Origin: Octopus vulgaris
Taxonomy: Eukaryota
Length of the DNA: 64,000 bases
NCBI GenBank assembly: GCA_951406725.2
Contig: OX597829.1
Span: forward strand, 49,352,001 to 49,416,000
Direction: 5' to 3'
The translations under genes were made by a program, and so were the position numbers. The notes beneath the pieces are model-generated. The model made no database searches, had not been told where the DNA came from, and saw only the letters and a list, made by a program, of their open reading frames with translations. Below, piece by piece: positions 1 through 13,609 of this stretch. How positions within the stretch are numbered: position 1 is the first letter of the stretch; the number at the start of each line of letters is the position of its first letter.

Positions 1-122
1 GATGGACAGACAGACAGATACGTACATACATAGAGACGGATAGATAGATACATACTTACATACATAAAGATAGATAGATAGATATACGGATGGATGGATA
101 GATAGATAGATTGATAGGTAGG

Positions 123-181
<59 letters not shown>

Positions 182-430
182 GTAGATAGATTGATAGGTA
201 GATAGATAGGTAGGTAGATAGATTGATAGGTAGATAGATAGGTAGGTAGGTAGATAGATAGGTAGATAGATAGGTAGATAGATAGATTGATAGGTAGATA
301 GATAGATAGATAGGTAGATAGGTAGATTGATAGGTAGATAGATAGATAGATAGATAGATAGATTGATAGATAGATAGGTAGGTAGATAGATTGATAGGTA
401 GATAGATAGGTAGGTAGATAGATTGATAGG

Positions 431-474
<44 letters not shown>

Positions 475-545
475 CAGATAGATAGAGAAACCAACAGACA
501 GAAAGACAGACAGATAGATAGAAAGATAGACAGACAGACAGACGG
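1..545. repeat. (GATA)n/(GGTA)n/(GACA)n microsatellite
   Basis: Directly visible tetranucleotide array. Confidence 0.97.
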
Positions 546-1363
546 AGAAAGAGACGGAAATTGAGAGAAAAAGAAGTGAATCAATCTTATATAGGACTGA
601 TAATTAATACATTGAACTGAAAAGGAGAAAAAAAAATGTGAAATGTTGAACTCAGCAGATTTGAACTTGGAACTAGAAGGTCTTCTGTCTAATGACCTAA
701 TAATGATTCTACCAAATTGCTGCCTTTCTGAAAATAAACTATATAGATATTGCAGCAGAAGTTGAAGTCTTCCCTTAGAATTTTTCGTCTAAGATATTAT
801 TGATTTTGTGAATGAAACAGTTCTGAGGACAAAAATCGTGATTGCACAGTTAAAGAAGCCTACAAATGGTGGTTATTATGGGGGAAAGGGAGGGGGGTGA
901 GTGAGTGGAGAGAAAGAAAGAAAAAATGGAACTTTTGCTTCAAGCGCTTTTGTCTGAAGTGCTGATTTGATTGACAGACTGAAGAGAAATTCTTGAAATC
1001 AATAACAGATTGTCATTTTATTGTTTCATCTTTCTTTTTCCTTTACTGTTAGAAAATAAGAAGTTGTTGTTGTTTTAAGTGTCTCTAGACTCAAGCGTCT
1101 GCATGCTGTTGCTCTCGGTCTTCATATCAATCGTGACCATTCCATCATTCTGTCTAAAAACCTTCTACCATTTTTATAAGACAGTTAAAGGCGGTGCTCC
1201 AGCATGGCCGCAGTCAAACGACTGAAACAAGTAAAAGAGAGTTGTATATGATATGAAGGCATTTTTGGCTTAGTGGCTAGGGTGTTCAGCTCACAATTGC
1301 AAGGTCATGAGTTCAATTCCCAGCAGTGAATTGTGAATATATATTTATATATATTTAAATGAA

Positions 1364-1593
1364 GGCGGCGAGCTGGCGGAAACGGTAGCACGCCGGGCGA
1401 AATGCGAAGCCGTATTTCGTCTGCCGTTATGTTCTGAGTTCAAATTCTGCCAAGGTCGATTTTGCCTTTCATCCTTTCGGGGTCGATAAATTAAGTACCA
1501 GTTACGCACTGGAGTCGATGGAATCGACTTAATACCTTTGTCTGTCCTTGTTTGTTCCCTCTGTGTTTAGCCCCTTGTGGCTAGTAAAGAAAT
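1364..1593 (+). mobile_element. tRNA-derived SINE, family B (Nin/Deu-like core)
   Basis: Head ggcggcgagctggc with B-box-like gagttcaaattc; core gcctttcatcctttcggggtcgataaattaagtaccag; many copies in the window. Confidence 0.85.
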
Positions 1594-1819
1594 ATATATA
1601 TTTATATTTATATTCACTTCTCACACTGCCTCATTATTATGGTTTATATGATCATCTCATAAAATAATTTCAACCAATCCAGTCTCCTGGATTTTAGCTG
1701 CATGGATCTCTGCATTATACATTTCTGTATTGGATTATTATGTGAACTGGTAGCCAAGTCCGTTAGCAGAGCTTTCTCTAATAGCCACACAATTCTCTGA
1801 ATCCATGTTTTATACTATT

Positions 1820-2321
1820 CATATATATGTATGTATATATACATACACACACACACACAAACACACACACATATATATATATATATACATACATATATAT
1901 ATATGTATGTATATATGTATGTGTATATATCTATGTATATATGTATAATGTACACTTCCATAATGGTGAGATCAACAAAAGAAGTACACCATCTGGTGAC
2001 ATGTACATACACATATATACATACATATATATACACACATACATACACATATATATACATACGTATACACACACACATACATACATATATATATATATAC
2101 ATGCATATATATAAACACACACATGCACATATATACATATTTAAGCTTACACATATATACATATATATATATGCATATATATATATACATACATAGACAC
2201 ACACATATATATATATATGCACATATATATATATATATACATACATAGACACACATATATATATATACATACACATATATACATATATATATATAAACAG
2301 ATATACATGCATACATGCACA

Positions 2322-2362
<41 letters not shown>

Positions 2363-2460
2363 GCACACACAACTACACACATATTTACATATAAATTATG
2401 TGTGTGTGTGTATGTGTGAGAGAAAGAGTGAGAGAGGAGGGAAAGTGAGAGAGAGAGAAT
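1820..2460. repeat. Compound (TA)n/(CA)n/(GA)n microsatellite
   Basis: Directly visible; source of spurious ORFs. Confidence 0.95.
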
Positions 2461-2851
2461 GTTGATACTTGTCATTGATTGTGTAAAGCGATGCTGGATT
2501 TGACAATCTTTACTGACATGATGACAAGTTGCTCTCTGCTTTTGAAGACATGTATAATATAAAAAAAAAAAAGAAAAAGAAAGAAATGCCATATTAAAAA
2601 AAAAAATGGTATGGTTTGGAAAAGAAGAGAATCTAGCTGTAAAATCTGACCATAAAATCAATTCTTAGCCAAGTCATCTCAATGTGCAAGAAACGGAAAG
2701 AAGAGTGAACATCATCATCATCATCATCCTCATCAATATTGTTTTAACGTCCACTTTTCTCTACTTGCATGGGTTCTAAGGTATTTGTTGAGGCAGATTT
2801 TCTATAGCTGGATGCCCTTCCTGTCACCAACCTTACCTTTTTTTCAGGCAC

Positions 2852-3385
2852 AGTCATCATTATCATCATCATTGTTCGACTGTGGTCGAGACAATGGAAT
2901 TTACTATGTTACGCCAGACTTCACGGTCCATCATGGCATTACAGAGGTCCTGTTGCTGGATGCCATTATTCCTGGAGATTACATCAGGATAGGAGAGTGT
3001 ATGCCCTCTGGTATTGTGAGTAGATGTTTTCCGGAGGAGAAGAGTAGAAATAACTTTTTTTTCAGCTCTACAACAATGTCCAGCAAACTGGACTCTTCTA
3101 CCTTTCACAAGAGATGACACAGGTGGTAGTTTCCCATATATTTGCATTTTGGTTGGATGGCGCTTCCACGAGAGATTTTGAGCTCTCATAAGGAGGCGAG
3201 TGTAGGTTCCATCCAGCCGCCTCTCAAGCTTCTTTGATAACGTCCAGGTTTCTGAGCCATGTAGTAGAATTGGTTCGACTGTGGCTTTGAAGATTTCAAG
3301 TTTGAAGTCTCTTCTTAGATTTGATGACCAGATCTTATGCATGTCATTACAGGCCGACCAGTCATATTTCCCCATAGCCAGACAT
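2852..3385 (-). mobile_element. RTE-clade LINE 3' fragment (RT C-terminus, degenerate)
   Basis: ORF 2869-3393 contains KLEIFKATVEPILLHGSETWTL...RLDGTYTRLL...RRVQFAGHCCR...DREVWR, followed by a (GAT)n tail. Confidence 0.88.
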
Positions 3386-3727
3386 GTTCTCATGTTCTCT
3401 CAGAATATTGGTAACAAATGGCACTGCTTCTATAACATCGACACTCATTTACAACTATCACATAATATCTAGACCATGTGACACAAAGACAGATACATAC
3501 ACACATACACATATATACAAAAGGCTTCTTTCAGTTTCCTCTCTGCCAAATCTACTCCCAAATCTTCTCTTAACACAGGGCTCTGATAAAAGACACTTGC
3601 CCAAGGTACTCCACAGTGGAACTGAACCCAAAACCATGCATTTCAGAAGCAAATTTCTTACCACTTGATATAAAACCACATTCACGTATATATATCACTC
3701 TGTGTGTCGTTAATCTAAATAGGTAAA

Positions 3728-4018
3728 AAGGTAAAGACCCCCTTCGGTCATGACTGACCATGGGATTGCACCTAGAAAGTTTCCCTCTGAGGCACAAGTC
3801 CAGGTAAGGTTGTTTATGGATGACCAGCACTCTCCTAGACATACCAGCCCTCTCTTCTCCACACTACCAATGTTATCCAAAGGAAAGGCAAAGACTGATA
3901 CAACTTGGCACCAGTGACGTCACAACTCATTTCTACAGCTCAAGAACACAACACACAGCCTGGTCCAGGAATTGAACTCACAAGCTCACGATAGTATGCT
4001 CGATGCTCTAACCACAGA

Positions 4019-4022
<4 letters not shown>
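3728..4022 (-). mobile_element. tRNA-derived SINE, family E
   Basis: Head tggctctgtggttagagcatc...gagttcaattcc; shares its body with copies at 16405, 57260, 62427 and 63722. Confidence 0.8.
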
Positions 4023-4059
<37 letters not shown>

Positions 4060-4061
<2 letters not shown>

Positions 4062-4448
4062 CTTGTTTCAGTCATTTGACTGCGGCCATGCTGGAGCACC
4101 GCCTTTAGTCGAGCAAATCGACCCCGGGACTTATTCTTTGTAAGCCCAGTACTTATTCTATCAGTCTCTTTTGCTGAACCGCTAAGTGACGGGGACGTAA
4201 ACACACCAGCATCGGTCGTCAAGCAATGCTAGGGGAACAAACACAAACACACAAACACATACACATATATATATATACATATATACGACAGGCTTCTTTC
4301 AGTTTCCGTCTACCAAATCCACTCACAAGGCATTGGTCGGTCCGGGGTTATAGCAGAAGACACTTGCCCAAGATGCCACGCAGTGGGACTGAACCCAGAA
4401 CCATGTGGTTGTTTAGCAAGCTACTTACCACACAGCCACTCCTGCGCC
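4060..4448 (-). mobile_element. tRNA-derived SINE, family A (full length); partial copies follow at 4470-4647 and 4705-4752
   Basis: Head ggcgcaggagtggctgtgtggtaag...gggttcagtccc, internal TA/TG tract, tail gcagtcaaatgactgaaacaagtaa. Confidence 0.9.
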
Positions 4449-4649
4449 TATTATTATATATATACTCTTTTACTCTTTTACTTGTTTCAGTCATTTGACT
4501 GCGGCCATGCTGGAGCACCGCTTTTAATCGAGCAACTCGACCCCGGGACTTATTCTTTTTGTAAGCCCAGTACTTATTCTATCAGTCTCTTTTGCCGAAC
4601 CGCTAAGTAACGGGGACATAAACACACCAGCATTGGTTGTCAAGCAATA

Positions 4650-4704
<55 letters not shown>

Positions 4705-4751
4705 TACTTGTTTCAGTCATTTGACTGCGGCCATGCTGGAGCACCGCCTTT

Positions 4752-4921
4752 AGAGTGGTGAAAGAGTACAGCAGGGATCACCACCACCATCCCTGCCGGA
4801 GCCTCGTGGAGCTTTTAGGTGTTTTCGCACAATAAACACACACAACGCCCGGTCTGGGAATCGAAACCGCGATCCTCCGACCGCAAGTCCGCTGCCCTAA
4901 CCACTAGGCCATTGCGCCTCC
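4752..4921 (-). mobile_element. tRNA-derived SINE, family C, 5' part
   Basis: Near-identical to the head of the intact copy at 62917. Confidence 0.82.
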
Positions 4922-5197
4922 ATATATATATATATACATAATTATAATAGTAATATATGTGTAACTATAATATATACACAGCTGTATATAGCTACAAATA
5001 GTTGAAATGTCTTCCACATAATTATATCTCCATCCTCCACATTTTTTTTTTTTTATTCAAGAAGCATTTGTTTAGAAAAAAAGGTTAAACTCAGAATCAC
5101 TTTGAATATCATTTTAAACAGTGTATTATTAACAGGAAAATATCGACAGCAAATACCAAATCTCACAAATAAACAAGCAAACGCACAAAAAAAAAAA

Positions 5198-5239
<42 letters not shown>

Positions 5240-5434
5240 TCAACTAAATGACAACAAAACAACATGCAAGAAAATCATTGTTGCCATGACAACACTAACA
5301 GTTGCATTACCCTTTATATTAGCTAATCAAGTAGAAGCAACATGCTCGCTAGGAATTGTGGGGGAAAAAATGAAAACAGTCGGTAATTCCTGTGCTAAAT
5401 AAAAATTGTTTCTGAATGAATAAATGGTGAGGAT

Positions 5435-5564
5435 TATTAATGCCATTATTATTAGCATTATTATTATTAGAAGTATTATCATTATTATTATTATTAGAAG
5501 TCATTGTAGTGTTGTTGTTATTATTATTATTATTATTATTAAAAATAGTAGTAGTAGTAGTAGT

Positions 5565-5619
<55 letters not shown>

Positions 5620-5796
5620 GAAGTCGTTGTAGTGTTGTTGTTATTATTATTATTATTATTATTAAAAATAGTAGTAGTAGTAGTGGTGTTGTTGTTATTA
5701 TTATTATTATCATTATTATTATTATTAGAAGTCATTGTAGTGTTGTTGTTATTATTATTATTATTATTAAAAATAGTAGTAGTAGTAGTAGTGTTG

Positions 5797-5830
<34 letters not shown>

Positions 5831-5975
5831 AATAGAAGTAGTAGTAGTAGTGTTATTGTTATTATTATTATTATTATTAGAAGTAGTAGTAGTAGTGTTA
5901 TTATTATTATTATGATTATTATTAGAAGTCGTAGTGTTGTGGTTGTTATTATTATTATTATAAATAGTAGTAGTG

Positions 5976-6018
<43 letters not shown>

Positions 6019-6190
6019 GATTATTATTAGAAGTCGTTGTAGCGTTGTTATTATTATTATTAATATTATTATTATTATCACTATTATTATTATTATTATC
6101 ACTATCATTATTATTATCATCACTATCATTATTATTATCATTATCATCATCATCATCATCATGAATATTATTAGTAGCAGTAGCAGTAGA
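5435..6190. repeat. Compound trinucleotide (ATT/AGT/GTT/ATC) array with a ~110-120 bp higher-order unit
   Basis: Recurring agaagtc(a/g)ttgtagtgttgttg(att)n aaaaat(agt)n unit. Confidence 0.92.
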
Positions 6191-6261
6191 AGAAAGAAGC
6201 TAGATTAAGCACTTTACAATATTTAGCTCCATCAATATAGCTTCCACTCCTTATCTCATAG

Positions 6262-6465
6262 GACGTTGCTCCAGTTCACTCGGCTGTAGGGATGAGGAGT
6301 TGCAGCATCACTTAGTGCCAAGCTGTATCAGCCTTTGACTTTGCCTTAACATCGGTGGCATAGAGAGGCGGAGGCTGGCGTGCATGGGCGACTGCTGGTC
6401 TTATGTAAGCAACCTTGCCTGGACTTGTGCCTCGGAGGGGAACTTTCTAGGTGCAATCCCATGCT
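6262..6465 (+). mobile_element. SINE family E, 5'-truncated
   Basis: Matches the family E body (gttgctccagttcactc...ggtgcaatcccatg). Confidence 0.78.
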
Positions 6466-6564
6466 TTTATATACATCTATATTTATGCATGTGTGTGTGT
6501 GTGTATGTGTGTGTGTATGTGTGTACATATGCACATGTGTGTGTGTGTGTAAGTGTGTGTATTC

Positions 6565-7164
6565 TTTTATTGTTTTATTTGTTTCAGTCAGTTGACTGAG
6601 GCCATGCTGGAGCACCAACTTCAGTCGGACAAATCGACCCCCAGGACTTATTCGTTGCAGACCTAATATTTATTCTATCGGTCTCTCTTGCTGAGCTGCT
6701 GAGTTATGGGGATGTGAAAACACCAACATCAGTTGGGGGAACAAACACAGACACACAAACATATACACACACACATATATATATATATCATCATCGTTTA
6801 ACGTCCGTTCTCCATGCTAGCATGGGTTGGACGGTTCGACCGGGGATCTGGGAAGCCAGAAGGCTGCACCAGGCTCCAGTCTTATCTGGCAGTGTTTCTA
6901 CAGCTGGATGCCCTTCCTAACACCAACTGCTCCGTGAGTGTAGTGGGTGCTTTTTACGTGCCACCTGCACTGGTGCCAGGCGAGGCTGGCAACGGCCACG
7001 GTCGGATTGGTGCATTTTACGTGCCACCGGCACAGAAGCCAGTCGAGGCGGCACTGGCTTCAGCCACGATTCGGATGGTGCTTTTTACGTGCCACCGACA
7101 CAGAAGCCAGTCAAGGCAGCACTGGCTTCGGCCACGATTCGGATGGTCCTTTTTACGTGCCACC

Positions 7165-7213
<49 letters not shown>

Positions 7214-7380
7214 TATACGACAGGCTTCTTCGAGTTTCTGTCTACCAAATCCACTCACAAGGCTTTGGTCGGCCCGAGGCTATAGAAGAAGACACTTGCC
7301 CAAGGTGCCACACAGTGGGATTGAACTCAGAACCCTGTGGTTGGTAACCAAGATACTTATCACACAGCTACTCCTGTACC
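6565..7380 (-). mobile_element. SINE family A interrupted by an RTE 3'-UTR fragment (6788-7165)
   Basis: Family A tail and head halves flank a (CAT)n-tailed RTE end inserted in the internal TA tract. Confidence 0.8.
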
Positions 7381-7419
7381 TATATATATGTATATATACA
7401 CAGACACGCATATATATAT

Positions 7420-7832
7420 ATGTATTTATCTTTTATTTTGTTTCAGCTCACGAGCTGTGGCCAAGCTGGGGCACCGCCATTCAGTGTTGCTACATGATTT
7501 TACTTCACGAATGCTTTTTAGCAATTGCCATTTGGTGCATGAGAGAGTTCGATGCAGCTGCCCTCATCTGCACCTCCTGCCGTGAAGTTGGTTCATCTGG
7601 GACACCTGACAGAAAGAGATCCAGTTTTATTTTAAAGACATCTGCATCCACCCCATGCAGGTCTCTTAGGTTCTTCGGGAGGATATTGAAGAGCTGTGGG
7701 CCTCTGAAGCCCAGGCTATCACAGTATCTTATCCTACATCTTGATGGAAAATTTGGAGTCCTTGGCACTATGCAGTGGCACTCAGTTCTAGTATTTGTGT
7801 AACTCTCAACGCCAAAGTTTGGGACAAGTCCT
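7420..7832 (-). mobile_element. LINE 3' fragment (CR1/jockey-group-like)
   Basis: Translation ...SLGFRGPQLFNILPKNLRDL...FKIKLDLFLSGVPDEP...RAAASNSL is a typical ORF2 C-terminus. Confidence 0.78.
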
Positions 7833-7845
7833 ATATATATATGTG

Positions 7846-7879
<34 letters not shown>

Positions 7880-8356
7880 CATGAATATACATTTATATAT
7901 AAGGAATTCTTGAACGGTATATATATATAAACACACAATCATTAAAACATATATCAGGAAGAAGCACACTTAAGGAATAGAGCAGTAATTATTAAAACAA
8001 AAAGTTAAATATATATACATAGGTATATATATATATATATATTACATAAATATATATTTGATTAATGGGACAGATGGAAGATGGAAGATATGAAATGAAT
8101 GGACAAAGAAATACATGTGCATGTTTGTACACGTACATGTGAAGCGCTTTCTTTCCTTGTCTGTTTGTCTGTCAGTTGGTCAATTTATATCTCATAAACA
8201 TATTCTTCCAACTTTTTTTCTCCTAGTTATTATAGTCATTAGAATACTGCTGTGCTCAGGCCTTGTCTTCAAGAGTTTCCATTGGTTGATCAGCCGTATC
8301 AACTCAAGCGCTCATGCCAGCCCAGAACTTTAATTTGTCAATACGTGTATACATAT

Positions 8357-9160
8357 ATTCTTCTACTCTTTTCCTTGCTTCAGTCATTTATTTGACTGTG
8401 GCCATGCTGGAGCACCGCCTTTAGTCAAGCAAATCGACCCCAGGACTTATTCTTTGTAAGAATTCTATCTGTCTCTTTTGTTGAACCGCTAAGTTACAGG
8501 GATGTAAACACACCAGCATTGGTTGTCAAGCGATGTTGTGGGGGGGACAAGCACAGACACACAAACACACACACATATATATACATATACAGCAGGCTTC
8601 TTTCAGTTTCCATCTACCAAATCCACTCACAAGGCTTTGGTCGGCCTGAGGCTATAGTAGAAGACACTTACCCAAAGTACCAAGCAATGGGACTGAACCC
8701 GGAACCATATGGTTGGTAAGCAAGCTACTTACCACACAGCTGCTCCTGTGCCTATGATACACATATGGTATACATATAATATTTTACTCTTTTCCTCGTG
8801 TCAGTCATTTATTTGACTGTGGCCATGCTGGAGCACCGCCTTTAGTCAAACAAATCGACCCCAGCACTTATTCTTTGTAAGCCTAGTACTTGTTCTATCT
8901 GTCTCTTTTGCTGAACTCTTAAGTTATAGGACATAAACACACCAACATAGGTTGTCAAGCAAAAGTGAAGAGAATAAACACAGACACAAAGGCACACACA
9001 TACATAAATATATATACATATATGTATATGTATGACGAGCAAGGGTTTAGTCAGCCCAAGTCTATAATAGAAGACACTTGTCCAAGTTTGACACAGTGGG
9101 ACTGAACCCAGAACCATATGGTTGGGATGCAAGCTTCTTACCACAGAGCTATGCCTGCGT
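8357..9160 (-). mobile_element. Two tandem SINE family A copies (8357-8752, 8782-9160)
   Basis: Both have the family A tail-body-head layout and share a private 4-nt insertion (gtcatttatttgactg). Confidence 0.85.
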
Positions 9161-9418
9161 CTATATATGTGCATATTTGGATATCTGCACATAATTATAA
9201 TGAGCCGTAGAAACATTGCCAGATCAGACTGGGCCTGGTGCAGCCTCCTGGCTTCCCAGACCCCAGTTGAACTGTCCAACCCATGCTAGCATGGAAAGCA
9301 GACGCTAAATGATGATGATGATACGAACTACTGCATTAATCCTCCCTTCTAAACATATCTAATATGTATGTACACATGAATATGTTTGTACGGAAATATA
9401 TATGTGTGTGTATATATA

Positions 9419-9454
<36 letters not shown>

Positions 9455-9624
9455 TGTATGCGTGTGTATATATATGTGTGTTCCTCATGTATATACAGTT
9501 TCATTCTTACATAACTAAAATAATCTTAAGATATATTGATTTTATAAATTACAATATTACTCCTCTTCTAATAACTTTCTCATATCTATTTATATTTTAT
9601 CTAATATGAATAATATGATGCATC

Positions 9625-9654
<30 letters not shown>

Positions 9655-9655
<1 letters not shown>

Positions 9656-10140
9656 TGCTTTTTTTTGGTATAAAAGATGGGCTACAGCAAATATTCTGCT
9701 CAATACCACAGATTTGCTTATCAGTTGTTTGACCTTAACCAGTTGACTATGTCCCTTGGTGGCTGACGATATGTGAATCTCTGATCACGAGCAGAAGTAG
9801 TGGGGGAGCATCATAGCCATGTGTTGAGAGGGATTCTTTGGGGTTAGAATAATTCACCTCTGGAAACATGGGTGTTTCGTTCAACATCCTTAAACAACCC
9901 TTATTCAGGGACCTTTTGAAGCAGGATGGGCTACTCGGCGAGAAGAAAATTCTAACTGGGCCCCACCTGCAAGGTCATGCACTGTTTATCTTGATATGAG
10001 ATCACCATGTCACACACATATGTTTGTGATGCATGTGCCTGGTGTACCCTTATCAGACAGGTAGTCATGATGGGTATACTGGGCTTCGTATATTTTACCC
10101 CAGTGTCACTTTGATGGCATGCTCTGCTCTCTCACTCAAT
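9655..10140. mobile_element. Unclassified interspersed element flanked by (AAT)n
   Basis: Higher-GC block bounded on both sides by AAT tracts, as if inserted into a microsatellite; family not recognised. Confidence 0.45.
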
Positions 10141-10271
10141 AATAATAATAATAATAATAATAATAGTAATTTGATTCATTTGTATGCATATACATGCACA
10201 TGTGCACATACATTTGAGAGTAGGTATTTGTATTTATGTATATTTATGTATAGGCATATGTAAAAGTATGT

Positions 10272-10448
10272 ATCATCATCATCATCATTGTTTAACGTCC
10301 GCTTTCCATGCTAGCATGGGTCGGATGATTTGACTGAGGACTGGCAAACCAGATGGCTGCACCAGGCTCCAATCTTGATCTGGCAGAGTTTCTACAGCCG
10401 GATGCCCTTCCTAATGCCAACCACTCCGAGAGTGTAGTGGGTGATTTT
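10272..10448 (-). mobile_element. RTE LINE 3'-UTR end
   Basis: Same sequence as the 3' end of the RTE at 57800-58632, with a (GAT)n tail. Confidence 0.8.
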
Positions 10449-10500
10449 GTATGTATATATGTGTGTATTTATATTTATAACATAACCTTATGTACTTTCT

Positions 10501-10632
10501 AAAATCTCTGATGAAGCCTAGAGTAACACCCAAGTACCTCAATTTCATCTACTAATAACTTCAGTCTACTGGAGGGATAAAGGTACAATGAAGTATTTTT
10601 ACCTCTTGGTTGAAACAGCTGTAAGATATTTT
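10501..10632 (+). ncRNA. Minimal hammerhead ribozyme motif (Penelope-like-element type), intact core
   Basis: Stem I atct/agat; CTGATGA at 10508-10514; long stem II agcctagag/ctcttggtt; GAAA at 10612-10615; palindromic cagctg; GTA cleavage triplet at 10621-10623. Confidence 0.72.
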
Positions 10633-10844
10633 CCCAATTTATATTCCTGTATGTTATATATTTTAGTAATTACTGGTATCTTTATATATTTTATATGTAA
10701 AGCATAATATGTTATACATGTATGTATATTGTTATAATTGTCCTTTTAGTAAATAAATAAATAGACATAATATAATGTCTAAAAGTTGATGAATACCACC
10801 TATTGATCCCCTCCATTTTCTTATTGCTCTACATATATATGTAC

Positions 10845-10898
<54 letters not shown>

Positions 10899-10967
10899 CA
10901 TCTTGCGAGAGTTATACCAAAATGAAGTTTGTGTGTGTGTATATATGTATGTTTGTATGCATGTGTC

Positions 10968-11240
10968 ATTATCATCATCATCGTTTAACGTCTGCTTTCC
11001 ATGTTAGCATGGGTTGGACGGTTCAACTGGGGTCTAGGAAGCCAGAAGGCTGCACCAGGCTCCAGTCTGATCTGGCAGTGTTTCTACATCTGGATGCCCT
11101 TCCTAACGCCAACCACTCTGTGAGCGTAATGAGTGTTTTTACGTGCCACTGACATGGGTGCCATTTGCGTGACACCAGTATCTGTCATGACTGTGATTTT
11201 GCTCAGCTTGATGGGTCATCTTCTCAAGCACGACATAATG
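10968..11240 (-). mobile_element. RTE LINE 3'-UTR end
   Basis: Matches the 3' end of the RTE at 57800-58632, with a (GAT)n tail. Confidence 0.8.
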
Positions 11241-11294
11241 CACTCTTAAAACTGCTGGCCTTGTGCCAAAATTTGAAACAAATATTTTTGTTAT

Positions 11295-11673
11295 TATTAG
11301 TAGGGCAGTGGTATTTCGCCCATCACTACACTCTGAGTTCAAATTCCACTAAGGTCGACTTTGCCTTTCATTCTTTCAGGGTCAATAAATTAAGTACCAG
11401 TTGTGTACCATGGTCGATCAAATCAACTAGCCCCCTTCCCCTAAATTTCAGGCCTTGTGCCTATAGTAGAAAGGTTATTAGTAGGGCAGTGGTATTTCAC
11501 CTGTTGCTGTGTTCTGAGTCCAAATTCCGCTGAAGTCAACTTTGCCTTTCATTCTTTTGGGGTCGATAAATTAAGTGCCAGTTGTGTACTGGGGTCGATC
11601 AAATTGACTAGCCCTTTTCCCCAAAATTTCAGGCCTTGTACCTATTGTAGAAAGGTTATTAGTAGGGCAGTGG
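11295..11673 (+). repeat. Tandem ~180-bp duplication of a Nin-core SINE variant
   Basis: The unit ttattagtagggcagtgg...gtagaaagg occurs twice, plus the start of a third. Confidence 0.8.
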
Positions 11674-11714
11674 ATTACAAATTAATTGGAATATCAGGCA
11701 AATAATAATATATA

Positions 11715-12130
11715 ATAATAATGAAATTATTGTATACAGTGCTCAGGTGCACCACAACTTGTCAGAAAGTGCATATAAAGTACATGCAGTAATGTAGAAA
11801 TGTCTGGAAAGCGAACAATGTATGAGTCAGATACATGTTTGCGTGTGTATGGAGGGGAGAAAATCAGGTGTAGTGTTGGCGAATCTCAGGAAGCATGGAA
11901 GTTTTGAAGGATGCAGTGCTCCGACAACTAACAACTGATGCCGGCAGTTTGTTCCATGCTTCAGCGTGAAAAAATGTTTCCGAAAGTCAATGGGAGCTGT
12001 GCTGTTTTCTGACTTTGTAAATATGTCCACAGGTGTTAGATGGGTGGAGTTTGAAAAGGCGCTCAGAGTTATTGTTTGTAACTTCCCTGTCCATGCCCAG
12101 GGAAGTAAGGCACCCATGGAAGTAAGGCGT
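11715..12130 (-). mobile_element. CR1-like LINE 3' end
   Basis: Frameshifted ...GHIYKVRKQHSS..DFRKHFFTL...WNKLPASVVSCRSTASFKT; same family as 47213-47435. Confidence 0.78.
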
Positions 12131-12994
12131 ACTTAAGTTGCAAAGAAATGAAGAAGAAAGTGGGATGATCTGTCAAAGACAAGTGAAGAGTCTGAGAGCA
12201 GTGAATTGTTAGAAGATAATGGACTGGCAGATGGGAGAACGAACTGGCAGAAGAGGGTGAAGTGGAAGAGGATGATGTATTGGCAGTGAGAAATGCAGGG
12301 GCAAGTGCCATAGAGAAAAGCACCTATATCAGTGCCACATGGAAAAGCACCCATACTGGTGCCACACATAAAACACTTGTGCCAGTGCCACATATGAAGA
12401 TCCTTGCCAGTGCCACTTAATAAGCACCGAGTATACTCTGTAATGTGGGTTAGCATTAGAAAGGGCATCCAGCTGTAGAAACCTTGCCGAAACAGACAAT
12501 CGGGGCTTGGGCAGCTAACCAGCTTCTCTCAAACCATCCAACCCATACAAGCATGGAAAACAGACATTAAATGATGATGATGATGAAATGAATATCATCA
12601 TCATCATCATCGTTTAGCGTTTGCTTTCCATGCTGGCATGGGTTGGACGGTTCAACTCGGGTCTGGGAAGCCAGAAGGCTGCACCAGGCCCAAAGGAAAA
12701 TCCCACCCACCCATCCATTCTAGCCACCTTGGATCAGGCAACTTTTTATCATTCTCTTATCCATAGAGAATAAGAAAACAAAAAAAAAAAAACACTCGGT
12801 AAAATAAATACTAAGGTTGGTATCATTTGCTATATTACACATTTGAAGGTAGTGATGAGTTTTTTTTTGTTTAATCTCAGATGAGACCTCATTGCTTAGC
12901 CCTATGTCCAAAAGCCTTCCAATAATGACCATTCCATCATTTTAATATATGCAGGGAAATTACACACACAAAAACACACACACACATACACATG

Positions 12995-13369
12995 AAGGGC
13001 TTCTTTTCAGTTTCTGTCTACCAAATCTACTCACAAGGCTTTGGTTGCCCTGCGGTTATAGTAAAAGACACTTGCCCAAGGTACCACGCAGTGGGACTGA
13101 ACCCGGAACCATGTGGCTGGGAAGCAAGCTTCTTACCATACAACCACACCTGTGTATACTCTTTTACTTGTTTCAGTCATTTGACTGCGGCCATGCTGGA
13201 GCACCGCCTTTAATCGAGCAACTCGACCCCGGGACTTATTCTTTTGTAAGCCCAGTACTTATTCTATCGGTCTCTTTTGCCGAACCGCTAAGTAACGGGG
13301 ACATAAGCACACCAGCATCGGTTGTCAAGCAATGCTAGGGGGACAAACACACACACACAAACACACACA

Positions 13370-13432
<63 letters not shown>

Positions 13433-13593
13433 GACGGGATTCTTTCAGTTTCCGTCTACCAAATCCACTCACAAGGCATTGGTCGGCCCGAGGCTATAGT
13501 AGAAGAAACTTGCCCAAGGTGCCATGCAGTGGGACTGAACCTCCGAACCATGTGGCTGGGAAGCAAGCTACTTACCACACAGCCACACCTGTG
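12995..13593 (-). mobile_element. SINE family A: partial (12995-13153) plus full copy (13158-13593)
   Basis: Family A sequence. Confidence 0.88.
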
Positions 13594-13609
13594 TCTAATT
13601 AAACTTTAA

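Noticed and set aside
979-1010. CTGAAGA...GAAA as a hammerhead
   Set aside because: No convincing stem I, stem II or UH cleavage site.
1815-2661. Long YI/CV/HT-rich ORFs here and at 5349-6208, 15559-15967, 29160-31184 and 42488-44741
   Set aside because: Translations of dinucleotide and trinucleotide microsatellites that lack stop codons; not proteins.
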